A DNA stretch of 64,000 nucleotides, from positions 806,001-870,000 of the forward strand of contig CP120463.1 of the NCBI GenBank assembly GCA_034226945.1. The letters run 5' to 3'. Under the pieces are notes generated by a model. That model was given only the letters and a program-made list of their open reading frames with translations, was not told where the DNA came from and did not search any database. Below, piece by piece: positions 25,601 to 36,391 of the stretch (positions within the stretch are counted from its first letter, which is position 1; each line of letters starts with the position of its first letter). The position numbers and the translations under genes are program-made. Origin of the DNA: Picochlorum sp. SENEW3. Taxonomy: Eukaryota.

Positions 25601-28309
25601 ACCTCCTTAGCCGATTATCTTCATATCAGGGAGATATTTTAGAGGACTCTGATTTGATTGGTGTGCTTAGAGACACAAAGGAGACAACAAACCGTGTCTC
25701 TGTTAGACTGGAGGAGGCCTCTCGAACAAAGGCACAGATTAGTGAAACATGTGACATGTACAAACCCTGTGCAAAAAGAGCGACACTTTTATACTTCACT
25801 TTGTGTGATTTTTCGGTTCTCAATCATGTGTACAACACATCCCTCGAGCAATTCAAAGTATGGCTCGACGAGGCCATCAAATCTGCACCTGCCTCTGATG
25901 AAACAGAGCTTCGAGTTCAAAGTGTCACAGATGAGCTCACTCGAATTATCTATGAAAAGGTCCAGTATGGAATTTTTGAACATGATAAGGATCCCTTCAG
26001 ATTTTTGATGGCTACTAGAGTTTGTGAGAGTGAGAATCGGATGGAAGAGACAGCGCTTCAATTGAACTCGCTTCTTTCCATGGGGAAAGCCACAGCATCC
26101 AGTAAACGAAAGCCAAAGGAATGGTTATCAAACGCTCAATGGAGAAATGCTGTACATCTCCAGCGGACTGTACCTGCAATATTTGGAGACTTAGTAGCAT
26201 GTCTACAGACAAATGATGCGAAGTGGAAGGCTTGGCTTAACTCGGACGCCCCTGAGAAGAGTCCTAGCCCATTTGCTGCCAAAAGGAAACTTGATGATAT
26301 GTCGCAAATGTGCATGACGAGAGCTTTCCGACCCGATAGGGCGGGTAAAATGGTATCCATTTTTGTTGAAAATGTATTAGGCGAACCTTTCTTATCATCT
26401 AGATCAGCCGACTTGCATGTCGTAGCGTCTACAACGGCGTGGAACTGTCCTATAATTTGTGTCATCTCGCCGGGGGTGGATCCTACATCAAAAATAAATG
26501 AAATCTCAAGAAAACTGAAGACAGTTTGCCATAACGTTTCCATGGGCCAGGGTCAGGAGCCAATTGCCAGGGAATGCATTAACATCGCGAAGCAAAGGGG
26601 CGAATGGGTCTGCATCCAAAATGCTCATTTAGCAGAATCGTATCTGAAAGAACTAGAGGAGGAGTTGTATTGCCTCAAACATGCGGACCCCAATTTTCGT
26701 TTGTGGATCACAACCGAACCTTCAACGTCATTTCCTATCGGTCTTTTGCACATGGGACTTCGGATCACATGTGAACCTCCTTCGGGTTTACGCGATGGCC
26801 TGACTTCTCTTCTCAGTGGCCTAGACGCGGACATATTGGATGAGGTCAAAATGCCGCAGTGGAGGTGCTTACTTGTATCTCTCAATATAATGCATGTGGT
26901 CGCACAGGAAAGGAAAAAGTTTGGCCCTTTCGGATGGAACGTGCCTTACGAATTCAGCAATGCAGATTTGGTGTCAAGCATGAATGTTATCGCCAACCAT
27001 TTGCAAGAATTGAGGGGCAAAAGATCGGCTTGCATTAACTGGGATTCTTTACACTATTTGATTGGGATCATTCAATATGGTGGGCGTATCATTGATGAAA
27101 GGGATCAGAAACTGATGCTGAGCTATTGCAAAAGATTCATTTCAGATGAAGTCCTGTCCGGGTCTATAATGCTTCTCAATGCAAAGAGATTCCCCAAGTT
27201 AGCGCCCACGTATCGCTTTGATGGTGTGTTTCACTATTTGAATAGTCTCAAATATAGTTGTTAATTTCATTGGAGTTTGTGCAACTGCAGTGTCTGAGGA
27301 TTCAACCCTGGAAAAGCTCGTCGAAGCTGCTAAACAGATTCCACCCTATGATATTCCGCAGATATTCGGCCTAGACATGTCGGCAGAAGTGCGTTCGAAA
27401 GTTTTGAAGGCTACTTCTATGTTTCATTCAATAAATCTAGCAGCTAATCCACCAGCCGTTGCGTCAAAAACGTCGAGCGACGATACTTCTCTCATAGAAA
27501 CCATTTCAAGCATCATGCTCAAGATACAACCCACTTCCCCAGATATATTGAACACTAGGGAGAATACATGCAAGCTTTCAGCTCCTTTGAAAACATTTTT
27601 CAAAATTGAAATCATGTTCCTCAATGCCGTGTGGGAGCGGACAACCCGAGATCTCCATCGCCTCCAAAGTATCATTGATGGCACTACTACCGCCTCTACT
27701 GACGATGTTGCGCTCCTTGAGAGGATCAAAATGAAGGAAGCAAATACGGCATGGTCACCTGAGTATTGGTGGCGATGCGATTCTCTAGACGCCTGGGTAC
27801 AAAGTTACACCCTGTGCAGAGAACACATCTGCTCTCTAGATCAGAAATGCAAGGGCAGATGCATTTGGTTACCAGGTCTGTGCAATCCAAACGCACTATT
27901 GAATGCAATACTGCAAGAGGAGGCACGGTCGTCGAAAGTGAAAGGTACCACAGTTGATACTCTCCAGATATCATATACAATCACAAAGTATTCTGATCCC
28001 AAATCAATACGAGACGCCCCCAAAGAGGGCATATACATTTACGGCTGTGTCTTGGAGGGAGCCTCTTGGGACAGTCAGTCATCAAAATTGGTCCACAAGG
28101 AAGATTCGGTGCCTCAAACCTTTCCTGTGATACATGTCACAGCTATACCACGAACATCAGCAGTAAGCAAGAGAAAAGTACTCTTGGCGCCGCTGTATAC
28201 TGCGGAGAGAAGGACAGCCAAGGCTTTTGTTGATTACATTCCCTTGCCCATCGATGGCAGTGAGCTGGAGTGGGCTCAAGGGGGAGTCGCTCTCATATGC
28301 AATGAATAG
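13687..28309 (+). CDS. ODA2: Axonemal dynein heavy chain, outer-arm gamma type (ODA2/DNAH5-DNAH8-like), multi-exon; 5' exons uncertain
   Basis: Consecutive + ORFs separated by short GT-AG introns. Linker KRKAFPRFYFVSD; AAA1 GPAGTGKTETTKDLG...VVFNCSDQMD...WGCFDEFNRI; AAA2 GPPRTGKS; AAA3 GPRSCGKT; AAA4 GVGGSGRKS; stalk MTBD PPDVIKRIMDCVLLL; AAA6 VSMGQGQE; C-terminus WAQGGVALICNE. The total span fits a ~4400-aa chain. The motor (from ~18600) is secure; the tail exon structure is inferred. Confidence 0.85.
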
Positions 28310-28343
28310 ATTCCTTTATTTTTACACTGTGATACAAATATAT

Positions 28344-29724
28344 TCAGCGGCGGCGGCCGCGAACTTTTCCTTGTTTTATCTCCAAGAAATCTGACAGCCG
28401 CACAGGTTGAACAAACTTGACTTCACCTTCATCTGCTGCAACTCGTCTTGGGTCTGACTCCTCCAACCTACCATCAGCATACTGATGTCGGTACATACAT
28501 GATGTACCAAAAGGACATGTTCCTTGGCCATAATTAAAGTTTCTACAGGGAATAGATGCCAGCTTGGCCTTGTACCCAGCAATGATTTCCTCCTTCTCCT
28601 CTTGAGTTTGAGGCCAGGTGACTGAGGGTGTAATGTAATGCGTTGTTATCCGGCACACGGGGCACGTCCGTAAAGCCTGTGTACCAAACGTAAAACATGT
28701 GACAAAATATCCATCACGAGATCAAACAAAGAACACGTACAGAATCCACATCAGCTCCCCCCATGACATTACTTCTCCAGTTTCTAATGCAACTTAAGCA
28801 AAATGGATGATCACAATTCAACAGTCCGAATTTATGATCACCGCCAACTTTTTCAAGGACTTTTTCAAGACAAATGCAGCACTCCACGTGTGCACTCTGG
28901 ATCCTTTTGAGCAACCTGTCATGACGAGCTTTACATTCAACCACATGCTTTTGTGCTTCACTCTCATCGCTCGGATGCAAAGCATAATTCTCGCAAATCT
29001 ACACACATAATACCACGGTGAATACATAAATATTTTCCGCATGGGCAGTACACAAATCTTCACGAACCTCACACCACAACCCATGTGCAAGCCTGCAATG
29101 CCCGTTGGAACAAGAACCAGTCTGGTAGTACTCATAACACAGAGATACCCCGCCCGACCATGCCTGCACACCCTGATCCATATCTTCCCACGCCCCGTCC
29201 CCATCCAAGCCCCACGCATTAAAATGAGGAGACGTGCTCAGACTGCTATGAGGATTCCCATCCGATGAGCAACCACCAGTCGTATTAGCATTGCTCCCTG
29301 CATACCCTCCTTGAAAAGAATTCGCAGCACACATTCCTTCAAGTTTATGGCCACTAGACTCACCATATGCATCATCCGCCCCCTCATACACTCCACTATC
29401 CAACACTGTGACTGTTGTTTTGCACTCATCAGATCCAAAAGGATCAGCTGGCAGCGTGACAACAGGCACCGTGTCCTCCTCTACAGATTCATATCCTACT
29501 CCCTGATCAACCCCTCGATGCCGAGATATACGCAGCTTTGAGATTGGCAGCACATCCTCCAACCTATCAGTGTCTGGCCTTGGTACCCCGAGAGGAGCAT
29601 CATATCCCTGCGATGCTACCCCATTGCCCCTCGCAGGCGCCCATTCAGGCCTAACATGGTCATATCTACATTTATCTCCAAACGCACAGTGCCCTCGTAA
29701 CCAATGCGTGCAGACCTGCGCCAT
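28344..29724 (-). CDS. MKRN: Makorin-like CCCH zinc finger / RING E3 ligase, 3 exons
   Basis: N-terminal CCCH (CTHWLRGHCAFGDKCRYDH), second CCCH, RING CCICLE...FGLLNCDHPFCLSCIRNWR...CPVCR, C-terminal CRNFNYGQGTCPFGTSCMYRH. Confidence 0.88.
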
Positions 29725-30161
29725 TGAAAAACATTCAGCCAGTCTGTTCCCACTCAAAGGAATTCAACCTTGTCTGAACCAAATGTGCCACGCATGGCTA
29801 TCTAGTCTCAATGTAAACACAAGAAAACACGATAGCGCTGCTGTATCCTCCAATGGATGAAGAAAACCTACCGTATTGGGTGCAATTGCAAGGTCGTGAG
29901 AAAAAGAGCACGCTTCTCCTCGAGAACAGGCCCCATTCATGTAATATTTACATAGAATAGATGATTTACCCCTGCATTATCGTAGTAAAGTGTCAATTGA
30001 GCCCTAACGGAGCCGTGTTGTACCCATCCCTGAACGCCCAGTGAAGTGGACAGTGACCACGTACGCTGTTCCTTCTTCTTGACGACCATGACCGGCGATA
30101 GTCGCCATTGTCTACTCGTAAATATCTTATCTTAAAAATCAAATAATGGCGATAGGCATTG

Positions 30162-31011
30162 TCAATCGTTTTTGGCATTGTCCCTGATGATGCCACCTCT
30201 CCTTCCTTTGATCCCATTGAGTATGCTCATCACATGATTCTTCGTTTCTTCCATTGGTACATCAGTCCTGACGATGAAATCTGCTCTCTTTCTTCTCTCT
30301 TCCTCGTTCATCTGTCTCTGGACGATGAGTGCATATCTGTCTTCGGTCATCCCAGGCCTAGAGAGCACTCTGGATTTTTGAACAGAGGCAGGGGCAGATA
30401 CAACCATGACTGCGTCGCACATGTCTTCGCTCTTGGTCTCAAACAATAATGGGATGTCGAGAACCACTATAGACTCTCCTCGCTGAGCTGCGGCATCGAT
30501 CTGGCGTAGTTTCTCTTGTTTCACCAGAGGGTGTACAATGGCTTCAAGGATGGCAAATTTCTCTGGACTTTCGGACAGATAGGCGCTCAGAGCCCTTCTA
30601 TCTACTGATTTTGTTTGTTCGTTCGACGAATCAGCGGATGGGCTATCGCTTCCGAGTTTAATAGCATTCGGAAACTCCTTCTCAATCTCACCAACAGCTG
30701 CACCTCCTGGTGCATACAGTGTGTGGACAATCTACAAGGGCAGGTTTGACAATATGGTCATGATTTGATGAATACATGAGTTCGTCCCCCATAATGAGGC
30801 ACAGTATTACTGACCACACGGAATGAAATAGAGCATACCTGGTCACTGTCAATAACGGTCACTCCTATACTGCTCAGCATGTCGCTAACGGTTGATTTTC
30901 CCATGCCAATACCCCCCGTGAGGCCTGTATAGTGTATTATTATTTGAAAAATACCTGAGAGATGGGTGAAATAGACGGGATCGTACCTAGAATGAAGGGC
31001 TGTTGGCCCAT
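30162..31011 (-). CDS. coaE: Dephospho-CoA kinase, 3 exons
   Basis: MGQQPFIL spliced to GLTGGIGMGKSTVS (P-loop). Downstream IVHPLV, VVLDIPLLFE and RQMNEEERRKRADFIV. Confidence 0.85.
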
Positions 31012-31295
31012 GCCAATGCTCGCGTTGAATACCCGAGGGAGCCAATAGGAATCGTTCGAAACCCATTAATATTATGCTTTGAAGGATTCATTCGACTGCT
31101 CTGCATTCGGTATTCGTGGTAGATCACGCATCGATCTCGCATTCCTGACGATTGGACTGATAGATACATGTTCTACGGTCAAACATTTCTTTCATAGGAT
31201 AGCGCCGTGTCCATCGTTTTGAATTTGAAAATACAATCCAAGTGGATGCCAAAATCAGCGTTAACAGTATTCGAAATACAAGGTAACATGAAATC

Positions 31296-34200
31296 ATGGG
31301 GAAGCAGAAGAGTATAACGAGCTTTTTTGGGCGTGGGGCGAAGAAAGAGGTGGTTGAGGCCACGACGGATGGGGACGTTGTTCACATCATCGATAGCGCT
31401 GATGATGACGAGATTGTGGTCGTTTCGGATCAGATTAATGGATCTAGACAACTATCCAAGACTGCAAAGATGACGGAGGAGGAGCGGAGGGCTTTGCACA
31501 TTCGTTGGCAAAAGAAGGTTTTGGGGGAAGAGGGTGCTGGCTTTACGAAGAGATGGATCAAGACTCAGGAAGAGGTGAGCCAAAATGTGTCCCATAGTCA
31601 AGGGAGGCCGAAGAAGCAAAATTACACGCCGCTGGAGAAGCAGGTGCTTGATCTTCAGAAGCAGTATCCTGGTTGTGTGTTGGCCATTGAATGTGGATAC
31701 AAATACAGATTCTTTGGGAAGGATGCTGAGATAGCTTCAAAAGTTCTCAAGATATTTAGTTATCCGGACAGAAATTTCCTGACGGCATCTGTTCCGACTG
31801 GGAGGATTGATTTTCATGTGCGGAGGTTAGTGTCTACGGGATACAGAGTTGGCATTGTCTCACAGGTTGAGACAGCGGCTATAAAAGCACATGATGCGTC
31901 TTCAAAGTATCATCCTTTTAAGAGAGAATTGACGAGGTTATTCACTCCTGCAACTATTGATGCGATACAGCCAGCTGGGAATATGGAAGGAGGGGGTGTA
32001 CATGATGTGAGCAAATCATCATACTTGGTGTGTGTTGTCGAAGGAGACGAGACACTTCGACAGCATGAAAAAATTCCTATCGCTGTTGTTGCCGTTGAAT
32101 GCAGTACTGGACAGATATTGCAGGCTGTATTTGATGATAATGACATGAGAATGGAATTGGAGAGCAAGATTTTGCTTGCAAGGCCTTCTGATCTAATATA
32201 CATGGATACTGTTTCATTGAACACCCGTAGACTTTTGGATAGTTATTGTGATGGAAGGAAGGGGGTGCGTATGACGCAGGTTGATGGACAAAAGTTTGGC
32301 AGAGGGGGTGCTGCATCTTCCATCAAGAAGTACTTGGGGGAAGGAGTCAAGAATGGCGATTCACATTTTTTCATTGACTGGATACTGGACTTGGATGACT
32401 TGGTATTGCAAGCCATAGCTCATATTCTAGACTATCTTGAACCGTTTGGTCTGCATACAAATTTGTTTCAGTGCAAAGGCCAGTTGACAGAATTTTCACG
32501 CATTGACGAGATCTCATTGTCCCCAAATGCCATACAGCAGCTCGAAGTATTGAGAAATTCGAACGATGGAACTGAGTTTGGATCATTGGTGTGGTTGTTG
32601 GATCAAACAAAGACTATGTTTGGAGCCCGGCTCCTACGAAAGTATGCAACATCCCCCTTGAGGCGATCTGAAAGTATTCGACAAAGGCAGAGTGCTGTAG
32701 GAGATATCATCAAACTCATGGATTCGTCATCAGAGACGATGGCGAAAGTTTTGGAGATATTATCAGGACTAGGTGACCTTGAAAGGTCACTAGGAAGGAT
32801 AGTTCATGGAACAATCTCCCAAGCAGAGCTCTTGTCATTTTTGAACGCTTTCAAAGATTTGGGATTACGAATGGGCCTTGAAACAGATGTACAGCATGAG
32901 ATTAAAGACAAGCTGAACATTGAGTCGGACTTGTTGAGCACCTTGTTGAGTGAGGCCGCAGGCCATGAATGTGCAAAACAGGCACAAGATCTGTTGCATA
33001 CATTGAACCCAAACGCATGCGAGAAAAATGATCTGCTCCATGTCTTCAAGGATGATGACACCTACCATGAGGTGGCATTGAAGAGAAAGATTGTGCAGCA
33101 GCACCTTGATGCTTTGGAGAATCTCAGGCCCAATCTAGCAGCAGAATTAGGTGTTGCCTCGGTTGACTATGTCACAAAACAGAATCAGGGAGAATATTTG
33201 ATAGAAATTCCAGTGAAAAAGGAAAAAACAGTGCCTTCTGATTGGATCAGAGTTAGCTCCACAAAGACTGTGCTTCGGTTCTTGGCCCCCAGGGTGAAAG
33301 AGCAGCTTGATCAGTTGGGATTAGCCAGAGAATACCTTGAACTTGCAGCAAAGTCTGCATGGAAGGCGCTATTGAAAAAATTCAGCCTACATTTCTCCAT
33401 GTATAGAAGAGCAGTTCATTCCTTGGCAGCCCTGGACTGCCTCATCAGCTTTGCATCGCTCTCAGTGAGGCAAGGGTACGTGAAGCCAAAAATATTGGAT
33501 GATGATGGGTCATACGGATTCTACGAGGTGAAAGAGGGGAGGCACCCCATATTGGAAGCCATCAGTCAGGATGTATTTGTCCCAAATGATATCAGCCTGC
33601 AGCCTGAGACTGAAACATGCAGGGTGATTACAGGCCCGAATATGGGTGGAAAGAGCGTGTACATAAAACAAGCAGCTCTGATTGCCTATTTGGCCCAAAT
33701 TGGATGCTTTGTGCCTGCATCATCCTGTGTACTGCGACCGTTTGATGCAATATTCACTCGCATGGGAGCAGCTGACTCTATTGCCCTTGGTAGATCCACC
33801 TTTTTGGAAGAGCTGTCAGAAGCATCAGAGATTCTTGAAAAAGCCTCACCTCGCTCTCTGGTCATCGTAGACGAACTTGGACGTGGAACATCCACAGTGG
33901 ATGGCCAGGCCATTGCCATGGCAGCCCTCAATTACCTTGTGGACGAGGTGGAATGCTCCACTCTCTTCGTGACACATTACCCAGAGATTGCGTTGGAGAC
34001 CTCTTCCCCTGAGAGGACCAAGACCTCTCCCCACTACATGGGATATGTTGCCGACCCAGAGGACTCTGTTGTCCACTTTACATACAAACTGGAAAGAGGC
34101 GTCGCGCAGTCATCATACGGGCTAAATGTGGCAAATATGGCTGGTATACCATCTCAAACCATCACCAAAGCGTCTCAGATAGCAAAGAGAGTAAAGAAGC

Positions 34201-34358
34201 AATTCGAAAGGCACAACATGTTGCAGTATTTTGATCAGGCAAACAGGATTGCACAGCATCTCAAATCCCATGAGAGCGATGCTACGACCTCAGAAAATGA
34301 TTCTTTCAAAACATCCATATCGAGTTTACAGCAAAGAATCAAGTCGTGCGTGACATGA
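31296..34358 (+). CDS. MSH3: DNA mismatch repair protein MSH3
   Basis: N-terminal PIP box QKSITSFF. YTPLEKQ...IECGYKYRFFGKDAEIA is the MSH3-type domain I. TGPNMGGKS, STFLEE, DELGRGTST, FVTHY. Confidence 0.92.
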   Translation: MGKQKSITSFFGRGAKKEVVEATTDGDVVHIIDSADDDEIVVVSDQINGSRQLSKTAKMTEEERRALHIRWQKKVLGEEGAGFTKRWIKTQEEVSQNVSHSQGRPKKQNYTPLEKQVLDLQKQYPGCVLAIECGYKYRFFGKDAEIASKVLKIFSYPDRNFLTASVPTGRIDFHVRRLVSTGYRVGIVSQVETAAIKAHDASSKYHPFKRELTRLFTPATIDAIQPAGNMEGGGVHDVSKSSYLVCVVEGDETLRQHEKIPIAVVAVECSTGQILQAVFDDNDMRMELESKILLARPSDLIYMDTVSLNTRRLLDSYCDGRKGVRMTQVDGQKFGRGGAASSIKKYLGEGVKNGDSHFFIDWILDLDDLVLQAIAHILDYLEPFGLHTNLFQCKGQLTEFSRIDEISLSPNAIQQLEVLRNSNDGTEFGSLVWLLDQTKTMFGARLLRKYATSPLRRSESIRQRQSAVGDIIKLMDSSSETMAKVLEILSGLGDLERSLGRIVHGTISQAELLSFLNAFKDLGLRMGLETDVQHEIKDKLNIESDLLSTLLSEAAGHECAKQAQDLLHTLNPNACEKNDLLHVFKDDDTYHEVALKRKIVQQHLDALENLRPNLAAELGVASVDYVTKQNQGEYLIEIPVKKEKTVPSDWIRVSSTKTVLRFLAPRVKEQLDQLGLAREYLELAAKSAWKALLKKFSLHFSMYRRAVHSLAALDCLISFASLSVRQGYVKPKILDDDGSYGFYEVKEGRHPILEAISQDVFVPNDISLQPETETCRVITGPNMGGKSVYIKQAALIAYLAQIGCFVPASSCVLRPFDAIFTRMGAADSIALGRSTFLEELSEASEILEKASPRSLVIVDELGRGTSTVDGQAIAMAALNYLVDEVECSTLFVTHYPEIALETSSPERTKTSPHYMGYVADPEDSVVHFTYKLERGVAQSSYGLNVANMAGIPSQTITKASQIAKRVKKQFERHNMLQYFDQANRIAQHLKSHESDATTSENDSFKTSISSLQQRIKSCVT

Positions 34359-34783
34359 GTGGAAAACACAGGCATGGACACTCCAACAGAATCAGCGACA
34401 GATGTGAAGATTTTGAATTTGTCACATGAATTGTCCCCGGACATTGATGAAGGTCATTGCTGCTCCACGACGCTCATGAGACAACGCCACCACAACTCTT
34501 GGAAGAACAATTAAAATCATTCATAAAACCTTTGGTATTTTACTGTACGTTTTATATTTAATCATTATGGACGTTATACGACCCTGAGGGAATGTTTAGA
34601 GCCCCCAGCGCTTGGGTCGAGAATCCATCGAATCGCGTTTTCCGATTCGTTCCGGTAGTTCTCTCCCTCTGGGTCGTATGTAGCCTTGGCATGTGCCGAA
34701 ATGTCTTGATATATTTATAATAATTACAAAGCATTGATTCTCCGTCCCTTGCACCGCAGGAAACAGCACAAACAACCGTCACA

Positions 34784-35410
34784 ATGTCTGGAAAAGGAGC
34801 AAAGGGTCTTTCCGGAAAGGGAGCCAAGGGAACCATTGGCATGAAGGGAGCTGGAGATAAGAAGAAGCCAATCTCTAGATCTGCTCGTGCAGGACTTCAG
34901 TTCCCAGTCGGACGTATCCACCGTCTTTTGAAGCAGCGCTCAACTGCCAATGGTCGTGTGGGAGCAACCGCCGCTGTGTACTCTGCCGCCATCCTCGAGT
35001 ATCTCACTGCTGGTACGTATTTCTAGTTTATATGCAAAGAATATGGGGGTTTTGAATGCCTGAGACGCCCGTGGTGAGCCCGTCCGAGGCGGACGGTTGT
35101 TGGTTGTTGTTACTGGCACGGGTGGCGCCCTGACTGGGAATGCGACCGACGTGCCTTGTGGCGACGTGACAGGCGATTGAATCATTTATATTATTTGTGT
35201 GCAGAGGTTCTTGAGTTGGCTGGTAACGCCTCCAAGGATTTGAAGGTGAAGAGAATTACACCAAGGCATTTGCAGCTTGCCATCAGAGGAGATGAGGAGT
35301 TGGATACATTGATCAAGGCTACAATTGCTGGAGGAGGTGTTATTCCACACATTCACAAGAGTTTGATCAACAAGGCTGGAAAGAAGGAAGGAATGCACCC
35401 AATGATGTAA
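34784..35410 (+). CDS. H2A.Z: Histone variant H2A.Z, 2 exons
   Basis: [17 protein letters not shown]...[19 protein letters not shown], intron 35013-35204, then [54 protein letters not shown]. Confidence 0.96.
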
Positions 35411-35611
35411 GCAATTGTTGTCGCACTCACCCCTGAGACATGGGAACTGGATCCAAGTTTTGCAATCATCTTGCAATCTTCTCGTTTGTTTGCATCGATC
35501 CAAACAATCCTCTGGCCATGTATATGACATATTTCGCCAGGGTGGATTGATTGAACAATCGCACATGACTTTTTTTTAAATGACAAAACAGTGTAATAAA
35601 CTCACAACAAA

Positions 35612-36058
35612 TCATGACTCTGTAGTTGTCTTTGGTACCAGCACAAAGCCCTCATCGGACATGCAGTCATCCGGAACCTGCTTGAGCATGTCCTGCGTGT
35701 GTTCATACTGCGATGGTTGGTCACTGCGAAGACTGCTGATTCCATCCCGCCCCTGCTGCTCTGACTCCACAGTGGCCTTGAGGGCAGGGTCGACGCCAGA
35801 GACATCAATCTCCTGCAATGCTCCAAACCAATCGACAATACGCTCGATTTGACCCCCAATCTCTTGCTCTTCTTCCTTTGTCAGTGCAATCTGAGCAAGT
35901 TTGCTCAGTTTGTCGACGTCAGGCTTTTCTAGACTAGCAGCGTGAACCCTTCTTTCTCTAGATGAAATTCTCCTACATGATATACATCGACTATCTATGA
36001 ATGATGCAGCCCGTGCAACGACTGTGCGCTCAACGCTTGGAGAACAAAGGGCAGTCAT
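35612..36058 (-). CDS. gatC: Organellar Glu-tRNA(Gln) amidotransferase subunit C
   Basis: Transit-like N-terminus, then DVDKLSKLAQIAL...IVDWFGALQEIDVSGVDP...LRSD...FVLVPK. Confidence 0.82.
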   Translation of the reverse strand: MTALCSPSVERTVVARAASFIDSRCISCRRISSRERRVHAASLEKPDVDKLSKLAQIALTKEEEQEIGGQIERIVDWFGALQEIDVSGVDPALKATVESEQQGRDGISSLRSDQPSQYEHTQDMLKQVPDDCMSDEGFVLVPKTTTES

Positions 36059-36391
36059 GCCTGTCAGTCGACCCAGTTCTCTTTTATGGCGGGTAATCAA
36101 GCGTAACCCTTGCATATAGGCACACAATGTAATTCTATTCGATCCAGGGTGCACTGACTGGCATAAAGGGTTCCTGTCATCGAGGAGGGTCGAGGTACTC
36201 TGTATTTAGACTTTTAAAACCAAATTTGGCCGCGATGCCCCTGTGCAGTTGTTAACCGACTGTATCGTTGACCACAGCCACAACAGTATGTATTCCCAAT
36301 GAATACTGATCTGGTAGGAAGTGTTATGATTCTTGAGTTTGTTGGATACGGCGAGTTGCGTGGGGGTAGCACAGGTGACAAACTTTAAAAC

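Noticed and set aside
31050..31070. tRNA T-loop-like GTTCGAAACCC
   Set aside because: No T-stem complement or cloverleaf around it.
35044..35145. TPP-riboswitch-like words (GGG...CTGAGA...CCTGA) in the H2A.Z intron
   Set aside because: The conserved P4/P5 elements and spacing are missing, and the host gene is unrelated to thiamine.
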